Below are positions 51,903-61,708 of a stretch of 64,000 nucleotides of DNA, piece after piece (position 1 is the stretch's first letter; each line of letters starts with the position of its first letter). A program made the translations under genes and the position numbers. The notes under the pieces are model-generated. The model was not told the origin of the DNA. It searched no databases and saw only the letters and a list, made by a program, of their open reading frames with translations. Source of the DNA: Sphaerochaeta sp. GTDB lineage: Bacteria > Spirochaetota > Spirochaetia > Sphaerochaetales > Sphaerochaetaceae. Location of the stretch: positions 208,905 through 272,904 of the forward strand of contig JAKVPA010000003.1 in the NCBI GenBank assembly GCA_022482495.1, read 5' to 3'.

Positions 51903-53432
51903 GTGAGGATGGAAGATTTCGAATTGCAGAACATAGAATACAAAGTCATCTGGAAGAAGGAGTTTCTTGATGAGATTTGTGGAATGGCCAACGCTTCCGG
52001 TGGGAAGATATATATCGGCAAAGATGACGATGGCAACACTGTGGATCTTGGAGTCAATGAGACCAGAAGATTGCTTGAAACAATTCCTAACAGCATAGTC
52101 CAGGCTCTGAACTACTCTAATGTCTCTGTTGATGCAAAAAGAGATGACAATGGCCTCTATATCGAGATTATAGTTCACAAATCAGACTCTCCTGTCTTCT
52201 ATCAGGGAAGCATGTACAAGCGTATCGGGACTGCCAATTTCAAAGTGGAAGGAACTCAGCAGCAGAATGCTTTGATTGAAGTCAGGAACAGGACATGGGA
52301 TTCATCTGTTGTAGACAATGTCTCGATTGATGACCTCGATGAAGAGAGTTTCCAGATCTTCAGGGAAGAGGCTGTTGCATCTGGCCGCATAAGCGGCAAA
52401 GCCCTTGAAAGCAGAGAGAAGATTCTTGAAGAGCTTGAGCTTATCAAAGATGGAAAGCTTACCGTTGCTGCTGTTCTCCTGTTCCATAGAAAACCATCAA
52501 AAGTGGTACCAGGCGCATCCATACTTATTGGCAAGATGAGAAATGATGCGGATGTAGTGAGCAGTGATGAGATAAAAGGATCTCTGATGATGCTCAGCAG
52601 AAGCATCCTTGATATCCTGAAGGTGAAATATCTTTATGCACTCATATCCTACGACATGCCTACAAGGATTGAGACATATCCATACCCGTTTGATGCACTT
52701 AGAGAAGCAGTTTTCAACTCTTTAATGCATAACGACTGGTCATCTGGCCAGTCCATTCTGATTAAGGTTTATGATCATTCGCTCAGCATACTCAACAGGG
52801 CTATTGTTGATGAGGACTGGACTGTAGAACACCATAAATCTAGGCATATCAATCCGCTCATATCAAATGCATTCAATAAAGCCGGACTTGTTGAAAAATT
52901 CGGAACAGGAATCACCAAGATGATTGATTCATGCAAGGACGCTGGAAATCCTGAACCATTGTTTGAGACAGCTTCCACTGGCCTTGATTTCTGCGTGACA
53001 TTCCAGGCTTCCAAACTATACAAGGCAATCGAAAAATATAGGGCATTGAATAGCGACTCTGTTGTTGACTACCGAAAGGTACTTGCCCAGATGGATAAAC
53101 TGACAGAGGAAAGTCCTGTTGGCAGTATAAATGATACTGATGGCAGTTTAAATGGCAGAATAAATGAAGCTGATGGCAGATTAACCAGATTCTTGGCAAA
53201 TAAGAAAACTGCAGAGACTTCAGAAGAAGATTCTGTATATTTCAGGAAGGTACGGATTCTTTCGGAACTGAAAGGAAAACCTCAAAGCACAATTGAACAA
53301 TTGGTATCAGTATTGGCTATTCCAGAAAGAACAATCTACAGGGATATTGAGTGGTTGAGAGAAAACGGCTATCTGGAACGTCTTGGCTCAAAGAAATCTG
53401 GTTCATGGCATGTAATCAAGGAGCTTGAATAA
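51903..53432 (+). CDS. COG2865-like protein (AlbA_2/Schlafen-like N-domain, HATPase_c_4-like middle domain, C-terminal winged HTH), embedded between pglX and pglZ
   Basis: N-terminus KVIWKKEFLDEICGMANASGGKIYIGKDDDGNTVDLGV (AlbA_2 signature). C-terminus QLVSVLAIPERTIYRDIEWLRENGYLERLG (wHTH). It starts 2 nt after the pglX stop and overlaps the pglZ start by 8 nt. Confidence 0.7.
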   Translation: MRMEDFELQNIEYKVIWKKEFLDEICGMANASGGKIYIGKDDDGNTVDLGVNETRRLLETIPNSIVQALNYSNVSVDAKRDDNGLYIEIIVHKSDSPVFYQGSMYKRIGTANFKVEGTQQQNALIEVRNRTWDSSVVDNVSIDDLDEESFQIFREEAVASGRISGKALESREKILEELELIKDGKLTVAAVLLFHRKPSKVVPGASILIGKMRNDADVVSSDEIKGSLMMLSRSILDILKVKYLYALISYDMPTRIETYPYPFDALREAVFNSLMHNDWSSGQSILIKVYDHSLSILNRAIVDEDWTVEHHKSRHINPLISNAFNKAGLVEKFGTGITKMIDSCKDAGNPEPLFETASTGLDFCVTFQASKLYKAIEKYRALNSDSVVDYRKVLAQMDKLTEESPVGSINDTDGSLNGRINEADGRLTRFLANKKTAETSEEDSVYFRKVRILSELKGKPQSTIEQLVSVLAIPERTIYRDIEWLRENGYLERLGSKKSGSWHVIKELE

Positions 53433-55938
53433 GATGAATGATACCTTGTTAAGCAATCTCGCAAAGCAATTTGAATCACATAGGGTCGTTTTCTGGTATG
53501 ATCCATCTTCAGAGTTCTCAGATCAGCTTGATCTGATGCCGGATGATGTTACGCTCATCAGAGCTTCGGAATACAATGACTTTGCAATCAAGTACAGACT
53601 CCTGACAGAAGAGCCAGAGAAGAAGTTCTTGGTCTACTATGAGAAGGATGAGCCTGAGTATGAGGACAACTGGCTTCTCGATATCCAGCTTGCAAACACG
53701 GTGTTCAGAACGGACAAGGAATCCATTATCCTCTCAGATCTGGATTTGCCGCATGCTTTCATAGGAACTCTAAGAAAGCATCTTCCGTTCTTCGACAACA
53801 AGAAACTTGTGAAGAAGCTTGATTCATTGGTAAGCCCGGATATGAGTGAGGATGCCTTTGAACATCTGCTTCTTGCGATTACAGCTGGAGAAGACTCCTT
53901 CAATCTCCAGATGATCATCGATTCCCTTGTTGCTGACTATGCTGATGACGGAGATCTTTATGAGACGGTAAAGGAATACGGGCTTGATTCACTCTTATGG
54001 AATGATATTGCTACTCTCTACGGCTATTCGAAGGAAAATCCGGGTATAGAAGATTTCTATCTTTCGGTATACGAGACATCACTTCAGCACTTTCTTGGTT
54101 CTGCAACAGCACTCCAGGCGGATGCATATGGTCTACTGAAACACTGGAAGGATTCGGCAAAATTCAAAGATTCCGGACTATATAAAACACTCTCAGATAA
54201 AGCAGCTGAGGAACTTTCTGCGCCTAAGCATCTGGCTGATATCTCCATCGAGTCTCTCTCTGCCTTTGATGATTATGCCTTCGTCGAAGAAGAGATCATC
54301 GCAAGGCTTACAGCAAGTGCACTGAATCAGACAATGGGATTAGAAGCAATCAGGCAGATTGCAGAGAGAAGGAGAAGTTCATTCTGGTACTCAGAGTACA
54401 GCTCAGCTTATCAGAGCATAGTGCTGGCAAAGACGATGCTGGATGCTGTGAAGAACATCTCATTCACAATGGACAGCCCTGATGCCGGAATCAGCAAGTA
54501 TGTTAAAGAATGGTCTCATATAGACAATGCATACAGAAACTTCAAGATCCAAGTCCATGGATGCCTGAACATCAATTCAGACATGGAGGCACTTTCAGAT
54601 AAAGTCGAAGCATCTTATGTGACCAATTTCCTCATTCCTCTTGGAGAGAAGTGGACACCGTTTGCAAAGGAAATGCTTGAGAAAGGCTGGCGGACAGAGG
54701 GAGGAATCCAGCGACAAGGAATCTTCTATCACTATAACATCAAGAATCTACAGTTAAGGGGAAACAAGGCTGTTGTCCTCATTTCTGATGCAATGCGTTA
54801 TGAAATTGGCGAAGAGCTTGTAAGCGAAATAAATTCCCAGCAAAGATACAAGGCAGCAATCCAGCCTCTGCTTGCATCAGCGCCGACATACACTCAGCTT
54901 GGCATGGCATCTCTGCTTCCGCATGAGACGCTTATGATCTCTCCCGATGGAAGCGCAGTCTATGCGGATGGTGTAAGCACACAGGGGATTGTGAATAGGG
55001 AAAAGATCCTGAAGAATGCATCAGATGGTAAGGCCGTGGCATTGGATTCAGATGATGTCCTCAAGATGAAGAGCGATGATCTCAGGACTGTCATCAAGGA
55101 CAACTCTGTAATCTATGTCTACCATGACCTCATTGACCGTGAGGGAGAGGACAATCTTTTCAAGGCATCTCATGAGGCAATTGATGAGCTTAAAAACATC
55201 ATCAGAAAACTTGGATCTTCCAATGCGAATACAATCTATGTCACAGCAGATCACGGCTTCCTGTTCCAGGAGAGTGACCTTGAGTCTCATCAGTACATCT
55301 CTGACGGATCTGTCAGAGGAAAGGATGTCCATCAGGTCAGTGGAAGACGTTGTGCAATAGGCTACGACCTTGTGCCCTCTGATTCCCTTATGATTGCAAA
55401 GCTGAAGGATATAGGACTCTCTAACGAGGATGACCTCGAAGTTGCATTCCCCAATTCAATTCTCAGGATGAGAGTGCAGGGAGCGAACACGAACTTCGTA
55501 CATGGAGGACTCTCTCTTCAGGAGATCATCATCCCTCTCATCAAAGTCGATAAGGCCCGCAAGGACGACATAACAGATGTCTCAATCGAGATACTCACGA
55601 ATCTGAAGACAATCACCACAGGAAGTGTCGCTGTGACGTTCTTCCAGGAGGATTATGTCTCAGACAAGGTTCAGGGCTATGAAGCCACATTCGGCTTCTA
55701 TTCTCAGGACGGTACTGCAATCTCTGATATCGAGAAGAGGACAATTGCAAGTGAGGCGATAGATCCGAAGAAGAGGGAATTCCAGATTGTGTTCTACCTG
55801 AACAAGGAATCTGAGAAATACAACAGACGGCCAGTGTTCCTGAGAATACAGAAGATCCTTCCATCCGGCAGGACTCTGATGATTGCTGAAAAGGAATGCA
55901 TTCTCTCACGCTCGATTAGTTCGGATTTTGATTTCTAG
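53425..55938 (+). CDS. pglZ: BREX alkaline-phosphatase-superfamily protein PglZ
   Basis: 837 aa with the PglZ signature IYVTADHGF. Confidence 0.85.
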   Translation: MNKMNDTLLSNLAKQFESHRVVFWYDPSSEFSDQLDLMPDDVTLIRASEYNDFAIKYRLLTEEPEKKFLVYYEKDEPEYEDNWLLDIQLANTVFRTDKESIILSDLDLPHAFIGTLRKHLPFFDNKKLVKKLDSLVSPDMSEDAFEHLLLAITAGEDSFNLQMIIDSLVADYADDGDLYETVKEYGLDSLLWNDIATLYGYSKENPGIEDFYLSVYETSLQHFLGSATALQADAYGLLKHWKDSAKFKDSGLYKTLSDKAAEELSAPKHLADISIESLSAFDDYAFVEEEIIARLTASALNQTMGLEAIRQIAERRRSSFWYSEYSSAYQSIVLAKTMLDAVKNISFTMDSPDAGISKYVKEWSHIDNAYRNFKIQVHGCLNINSDMEALSDKVEASYVTNFLIPLGEKWTPFAKEMLEKGWRTEGGIQRQGIFYHYNIKNLQLRGNKAVVLISDAMRYEIGEELVSEINSQQRYKAAIQPLLASAPTYTQLGMASLLPHETLMISPDGSAVYADGVSTQGIVNREKILKNASDGKAVALDSDDVLKMKSDDLRTVIKDNSVIYVYHDLIDREGEDNLFKASHEAIDELKNIIRKLGSSNANTIYVTADHGFLFQESDLESHQYISDGSVRGKDVHQVSGRRCAIGYDLVPSDSLMIAKLKDIGLSNEDDLEVAFPNSILRMRVQGANTNFVHGGLSLQEIIIPLIKVDKARKDDITDVSIEILTNLKTITTGSVAVTFFQEDYVSDKVQGYEATFGFYSQDGTAISDIEKRTIASEAIDPKKREFQIVFYLNKESEKYNRRPVFLRIQKILPSGRTLMIAEKECILSRSISSDFDF

Positions 55939-55948
55939 GAGGTAACAG

Positions 55949-58033
55949 GTGAAAGAGTTTGATCAGAAGATACATGATGCCTTTCCTGGTCTTGTAGTGA
56001 GAAAAGACCTGGTGAAGGAAGTGAAGGGAAATGCGATTGTCCCTTCCTACGTGCTTGAATACCTCCTCGGGCAGTACTGTGCTACAGATGATCAGGAAAC
56101 AGTCAAAGCCGGGATTGAGAGTGTCAAATCAATCCTCGCAGCACACTATGTGCATCGAAATGAGGCAAACAAGATCAGAGCTGAGATAAGCGAGCGTGGA
56201 CAGAAGAAAGTCATCGACATGATCTCTGTCACATTCAATGAGAAGAAGGACACATACGAAGCGTCTTTCTCCAACCTTGGAATCTCTAAGGTGCTTGTTG
56301 ATTCCGACACCATCAAGAAACATCAGAAATTGCTTGTGAATGGTGTATGGTGTATTGCTACCGTGAGCTATCAGCTGGATGAGGAATCAAAGGACTCTTC
56401 TCCCTGGCATATTGAGAATCTGAAGCCAATACAGCTCTCAAACTTCGACTTCGACATGTTCCTTGCTGGCAGAAAACAATTCACTTCCGAGGAGTGGATC
56501 GATGTTCTTATGCAGTCAATTGGATTCAATCCAGAGATGTTTTCAAAGCGCCTCAAACTTCTGCACCTACTCCGCCTTGTGCCATTTGTAGAGAGAAACT
56601 ACAACCTCATAGAGCTCGGCCCGAAAGGAACTGGAAAGAGCCACATCTATTCTGAGATGTCTCCATATGGAATGCTGCTTTCCGGTGGAGAAGTCACTGT
56701 TGCAAAGCTCTTTGTGAACAACAACCGCAATCAGCTTGGACTTGTCGGATTCTGGGATGTCGTTGCATTCGATGAATTCGCAGGACAGGCGAAGAAGGTT
56801 GATAAAGCCTTAGTTGATATCATGAAGAACTACATGGCCAACAAATCTTTCTCTCGTGGTATCGAAACGATGCACGCTGAAGCTTCAATGGTCTTTGTCG
56901 GCAATACAAAGCATACAGTACCATATATGCTGAAGAACTCGGATCTCTTTGAAGAGCTTCCAAGTGCATACCATGATTCAGCTTTCATCGACCGTATCCA
57001 TGCTTTCGTTCCTGGATGGGAGTTTGACAGCATTCGCTTTGACATGTTCTCGGATGGTTATGGATTCATAGTTGATTACCTTGCGGAGATGCTCCGCTAT
57101 ATGCGTAACCGTGATTACTCGAACATTTATCAGGACTACTTTACGCTCTCTTCTGATATCACGACAAGAGATAAGGATGGCATTAACAAGACATTCTCCG
57201 GACTGATGAAGCTTATCTATCCTAACGGCGAAGCTACAAAGGAAGAGGCAAAAGAGATTCTGGAATTTGCAATTGAACAGAGAAAGAGAGTCAAGGATCA
57301 GCTTGTTCGCATAGATGCGACATTCTATGACACTGAGTTCAGTTACCTTGACAATTCTTCAAAAGAGAAGATTCAGATTCTTGCCCGGGAGGAGAAGGAG
57401 TTCCCGGAGCTTTACAAGAAGCAGGCAAGCGAGGCAAGCCCTGAAGAAAAGAGAAAGCCAGAGAAACAACAAGCTGAGGATACACAAACCATTCCGGACT
57501 CTCTTAAATCCAATGCCAAGATACTGGGGCCTTTGTTTCCTTCTCCAAAAGCAGGCAACTTCCGCTACGAAGAAGATCAGAGCGGAGTATCCTACGAGAA
57601 GCTCTTTGGAGAATATCTTGAAGGAGCTACTCGGATTGAGATTCAGGATCCATACATCATCAAGCCTTATCAGACAAGAAATCTGATGGAGTTCCTGGAA
57701 GTCGTATATCATCACAAGAAACCGGAAGATGAAGTGACTGTTTCTCTTCTTACAAAAGCTGACAGGGATTACTTTGAAGATCAGGATATGAGACTGTCGA
57801 GAATTAAAGACAGCGCAGCTCTCATCGGCATTGATTTCGAATACTCCTATGATGGCACTGATACGATTCATGATAGAAACATCATTTTGAATAATGGTTG
57901 GAAGATCATTCTCGGAAGAGGACTCGATATCTTCCAAGTATTCGACACAGATATGCTTTCATTTGCGTCTAAGGTACAGGAAATCAGGAAATGCAAGGCA
58001 TTTGAAATTACGTATATTTTGCAGGGCATGTAA
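55949..58033 (+). CDS. brxL: BREX Lon-like protease/ATPase BrxL
   Basis: 694 aa. AAA+ motif LGPKGTGKSHIYSEMSP and a Lon-like C-terminal domain. Confidence 0.85.
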   Translation: MKEFDQKIHDAFPGLVVRKDLVKEVKGNAIVPSYVLEYLLGQYCATDDQETVKAGIESVKSILAAHYVHRNEANKIRAEISERGQKKVIDMISVTFNEKKDTYEASFSNLGISKVLVDSDTIKKHQKLLVNGVWCIATVSYQLDEESKDSSPWHIENLKPIQLSNFDFDMFLAGRKQFTSEEWIDVLMQSIGFNPEMFSKRLKLLHLLRLVPFVERNYNLIELGPKGTGKSHIYSEMSPYGMLLSGGEVTVAKLFVNNNRNQLGLVGFWDVVAFDEFAGQAKKVDKALVDIMKNYMANKSFSRGIETMHAEASMVFVGNTKHTVPYMLKNSDLFEELPSAYHDSAFIDRIHAFVPGWEFDSIRFDMFSDGYGFIVDYLAEMLRYMRNRDYSNIYQDYFTLSSDITTRDKDGINKTFSGLMKLIYPNGEATKEEAKEILEFAIEQRKRVKDQLVRIDATFYDTEFSYLDNSSKEKIQILAREEKEFPELYKKQASEASPEEKRKPEKQQAEDTQTIPDSLKSNAKILGPLFPSPKAGNFRYEEDQSGVSYEKLFGEYLEGATRIEIQDPYIIKPYQTRNLMEFLEVVYHHKKPEDEVTVSLLTKADRDYFEDQDMRLSRIKDSAALIGIDFEYSYDGTDTIHDRNIILNNGWKIILGRGLDIFQVFDTDMLSFASKVQEIRKCKAFEITYILQGM

Positions 58034-58054
58034 ATGCTCTGCAAGAAAACATAG

Positions 58055-59584
58055 TCAAAAGATTTTGGGTTTCTTATATTCCTTTAACTTTATTTCCTTA
58101 TTTGGTTCCCCTATGAAATATATTTTCTTTTTTGCTCGTGAGACAGCAACGTAAAAATTACGAACATCCCAATAATTAAGATTACCTTTGGATTTCCTTG
58201 CATAATATCTTCTATTGCTTTCATTGTTAGCATGACTTGCTAGGCGATCCATCTCCCCTGAAATATCAATAATTACAGCATCGAACTCCAATCCTTTGGA
58301 TAATACTGTTCTTGTTGAAACTTTGTTTGGCAAAATCTCTTCAGTAAAAGTATAAAGGGAATTATACGCTTCCTCCAAAGAACAATCATTTATAATTGCG
58401 CATTCTAAAATATTGGTAAGTTGTTTATAAAATCCAAACCTTACACATGAAAATTCTTTATGAGTCTTAACCCATATAAGTATTTCCTTTATTTTGGAAT
58501 ATCTATTCTTTTGTTCAGATTCATTAGAAGAAATTTCTGCTAAATCCTTAAACAGCTGCAGTAAATCAGGATAATTATTTCTTTTCCACCCATCAAAATT
58601 TTGTTGTGCAATTTTTTCCTGCATAGTTGATAAGTGTTTATCAATATTTGAGAATACAATTTTGAAGATGTCAAACAATAGTGATAAATTTGTTACTTGA
58701 GCATCAAGTTCTTTGAGTTTCTCAGTCAGGATAGTATCATCTTTTTTTTCATGGTATCCATATCTACCACCAGTACGTCTGTTGAAGAACAGTTGGATAT
58801 CTTCATTTCGAGCAATGAATGCTATAGTGTTTTCTTTGTCGGATAGTTCAGGTAACTTCTCGAAAATATCTTGTGGCGGTATGTAAGAAATATATTCAGT
58901 TGGCTCCGGAGCAATAATATTGCATCCAGATCCGTTGTGGTCTGCTTTGTAAAGCTCTTGTCGCAGATTCGAAATCCATTGTCCGAGTGCTGGATTTGTT
59001 TGCTTCCATCTCCAGGGTATTGTTAAGGAGGTATACTCGCAACTTTGAGATATGGTGTATAAATCACAAGGTGTTTCACTTTTATTTTGACCAAAATAGA
59101 ATATCCCTTGTAGAGGATCACCTAATATAGTCATTGGAAGGATTTGCCCTAAAGTACCAATCAAAAGATCATGCTGCGATAGCGTGCAATCTTGGTATTC
59201 ATCTACTATAACCTGTGAATATGCAATTTTGATTATATGTTGCATCCAGGGATAATTCAGTAGCCTAGAAGTCGAATTGTAGAGATTAGGATAATAGTGT
59301 GTACCTGGATATTGATATGGCAAACAATAGTGAAATCTTGCAGATTTAGGATAAGCTTTACACCAGTACATGCAGAATGACGCTATAGTAGCAATCTCGT
59401 ACTTATTACTAGCAATAGAATATTTAGCAAGTCTATTCTTTATTGCTGCAACACCTGCTCTTGTGTGCGTGAGCAGAAGAACCTTTCTGGCGTCAGTACT
59501 TTCATCTACAATTTGGACAAGCCGTTCTGTCTTTCCATATCCAGCAGGAGCTTCAATATATGTGGCAGGTACTACTTGAGCCAT
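58055..59584 (-). CDS. gajB: Gabija GajB, UvrD-like superfamily-1 helicase
   Basis: Walker A APAGYGKT, motif II VIVDEYQD and motif VI YVAVSRAKKKIY. About 509 aa. Its start overlaps the gajA stop by 13 nt. Confidence 0.8.
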   Translation of the reverse strand: MAQVVPATYIEAPAGYGKTERLVQIVDESTDARKVLLLTHTRAGVAAIKNRLAKYSIASNKYEIATIASFCMYWCKAYPKSARFHYCLPYQYPGTHYYPNLYNSTSRLLNYPWMQHIIKIAYSQVIVDEYQDCTLSQHDLLIGTLGQILPMTILGDPLQGIFYFGQNKSETPCDLYTISQSCEYTSLTIPWRWKQTNPALGQWISNLRQELYKADHNGSGCNIIAPEPTEYISYIPPQDIFEKLPELSDKENTIAFIARNEDIQLFFNRRTGGRYGYHEKKDDTILTEKLKELDAQVTNLSLLFDIFKIVFSNIDKHLSTMQEKIAQQNFDGWKRNNYPDLLQLFKDLAEISSNESEQKNRYSKIKEILIWVKTHKEFSCVRFGFYKQLTNILECAIINDCSLEEAYNSLYTFTEEILPNKVSTRTVLSKGLEFDAVIIDISGEMDRLASHANNESNRRYYARKSKGNLNYWDVRNFYVAVSRAKKKIYFIGEPNKEIKLKEYKKPKIF

Positions 59585-61323
59585 TTAATTATCCCTGAAA
59601 TTAGCTTTTCAAAAGTAGAATTCCCTGTTCCATTTTCATTGAAAGATTCAAACAAAAGAGGAAATAGAATTTCTGCACAGCGATAACTTTTAAATATTTT
59701 ATTTTGATTTGCGAAATCCCCTAGCTTCGCTCTGTCATTCACCATAATCTCGATTTTCTTTTCCAAAGAATTTAGAATTTCTTGTTGAAATAGGTCATTG
59801 GATTGAAGATACGATGGCAAATTTCTGATAAAGGACTCTGGTGCATCATTGGCGATTTGATTTTCAATACAATTTCCATCATCCATTTGAAAAATAACAA
59901 AAGAAGAAAATATATCCTGTACTTCTTTTACTTTTTTTACATCGCATGGTTTATCAGAATCCATTACAACACATGTAGTATATCCAAGTCGAATAAGTAA
60001 TGATGCAATCTTAGATGAATTACTTCCACCATTGCCGTCTATGTAGTCAACTCCATAACATGCGAGGCTTGAATTATTTCTGTTAAAGAAATAAGAGTCT
60101 ATCGCTTTAATTAATTCAAATTCGGTATGGCCTTCGCAAATAATTATTTTCCTTCCTAGCAGACATTTATTAAAACGACGAAATGCTTTTTGTAAATCAT
60201 CTGTATCACAAAGAGACCCAACAGAATACAATCGATCATCTTCTTCTGTGGTTTGTAGAATGAATACCTCATCGAACTTACAGGAATCCAATGTAATTGG
60301 CGAATGGGTAGTAAAAATTATTTGACCATTATCTTTAACTCTATCTCGTAACAAAGAAATCAGAGTTCTAATTCTGAACGGTTCTAAGGACGTTTCAATT
60401 TCATCGATAAGAACTAAGGTCTTATTTATTTTTGTTTCAAGGTTCAATGCTATTGAGGTGAGCCGTTGCGAACCAAGCCCTCTTGATGATAAAGACTTCT
60501 CTCCTTCAAAAACTAAAATAGAAGAATCTGCGTTCTTAAAGTCTAAATGATTAGATAACTCTCCGGAAAGTGAAACCCCATACTTATTAAGTATTTGAGG
60601 GATATTTGATAATGCCTCATCTAGCGGTTTTGACACATCCGCTTCTCCAATTGAGGCAGATTGTAATGCTTTTACAGATAAATGCTTTAAATCTGATTTC
60701 AGATCGGATCCAGAATAATATTTTCTTAAAACAGAGCCCTGTCCCCATGCAAGATCTTTTCTACAGTCAAGTCCTATAGACGAAACATTTAATACCTTTC
60801 TGTCAGATTGTCTAAAGAAAGTAGGTTCTTGCGCATCACTAACAATAGTCCATTCAGGATCAAATGAGCTAGATATTGTTAAACGTGCTCTCAAATATAA
60901 ATGATTAGAATCTTCAGGCTCCCTGAATGTTTCAATTTCCTTCCAGGATCGACCTCCAATAACATCATCTGAAGAACTTTGCACTTTAGAATTTTCAGGA
61001 AATGTTCTTGGTCGTGGGGCTTCTTTTTTTCCTGGCTTGGTTAAATATCTGCCATACTTATCAGGGAGGAGGAAAGCTTCCGGGAAATCAGTGAATGTTG
61101 CTTCTATGGCTATACTATTCGTAATATCACATTTGTAAAAATCAGAAATAGAAACATTTAGAGCGTTTGTTGGATAAAATAACCATTCCACAGCTCTCAA
61201 TAGACTTGATTTGCCACTATCGTTTTTCCCAATTATGCAAATCAGATTATTTGAGCTTGAAAAACTATGTGAAAAATGATCTATGCCTCGAAAATTATTT
61301 ATACAGATATCGAGAATCCTCAT
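59572..61323 (-). CDS. gajA: Gabija GajA, OLD-family ABC-ATPase plus TOPRIM nuclease
   Basis: N-terminus MRILDICINNFRGIDH and Walker A GKNDSGKSSLL. TOPRIM motifs IIICEGHTEFELIKA and VVMDSDKP. About 583 aa. Confidence 0.8.
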   Translation of the reverse strand: MRILDICINNFRGIDHFSHSFSSSNNLICIIGKNDSGKSSLLRAVEWLFYPTNALNVSISDFYKCDITNSIAIEATFTDFPEAFLLPDKYGRYLTKPGKKEAPRPRTFPENSKVQSSSDDVIGGRSWKEIETFREPEDSNHLYLRARLTISSSFDPEWTIVSDAQEPTFFRQSDRKVLNVSSIGLDCRKDLAWGQGSVLRKYYSGSDLKSDLKHLSVKALQSASIGEADVSKPLDEALSNIPQILNKYGVSLSGELSNHLDFKNADSSILVFEGEKSLSSRGLGSQRLTSIALNLETKINKTLVLIDEIETSLEPFRIRTLISLLRDRVKDNGQIIFTTHSPITLDSCKFDEVFILQTTEEDDRLYSVGSLCDTDDLQKAFRRFNKCLLGRKIIICEGHTEFELIKAIDSYFFNRNNSSLACYGVDYIDGNGGSNSSKIASLLIRLGYTTCVVMDSDKPCDVKKVKEVQDIFSSFVIFQMDDGNCIENQIANDAPESFIRNLPSYLQSNDLFQQEILNSLEKKIEIMVNDRAKLGDFANQNKIFKSYRCAEILFPLLFESFNENGTGNSTFEKLISGIIKWLK

Positions 61324-61426
61324 TTTTTCTCCTTTGGTGTTTCTTAAATTATCGGAAAGAAAACATTACTTATCAATACGCTTTCAACTAATAGTAAGCC
61401 TTATTTACAATCTTCTTTCATGTTTT

Positions 61427-61708
61427 TTAAATCAACCTTGCAAATAGCAATATTACAGTGAGATGCAGTGGATAGTAAGCATAGAAAACTAATCCGGGAA
61501 TCCTACCTTTTCCTTGTTCTTCCGCTTGGATTCTCAGTGCATAGATAACCGCAGAAGCCAGAAATACGGATATTGTCCCTGCAATATATTCCACTTGAGT
61601 TTCACCGTAGAGGATAGTTCTGAGAATGAAATATGAAGCAGGTATCAGAATTAGCTTTAGTTCCCTGTGAGAAATTCTACTTACAATCTGCCTTTTTCGG
61701 GATTTCAT
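61427..61708 (-). pseudogene. C-terminal fragment of a TraX-family membrane-protein gene, displaced by the IS insertion
   Basis: Hydrophobic C-terminus ...VFYAYYPLHLTVILLFARLI. The N-terminal part of the same family lies at 63413..63900. Confidence 0.4.

Noticed and set aside
58034-58054. Separate terminator feature between brxL and gajB
   Set aside because: The gap is only 21 bp and AT-rich (atgctctgcaagaaaacatag) without a convincing GC stem. It probably functions together with flanking coding sequence, and I did not see enough to annotate it.
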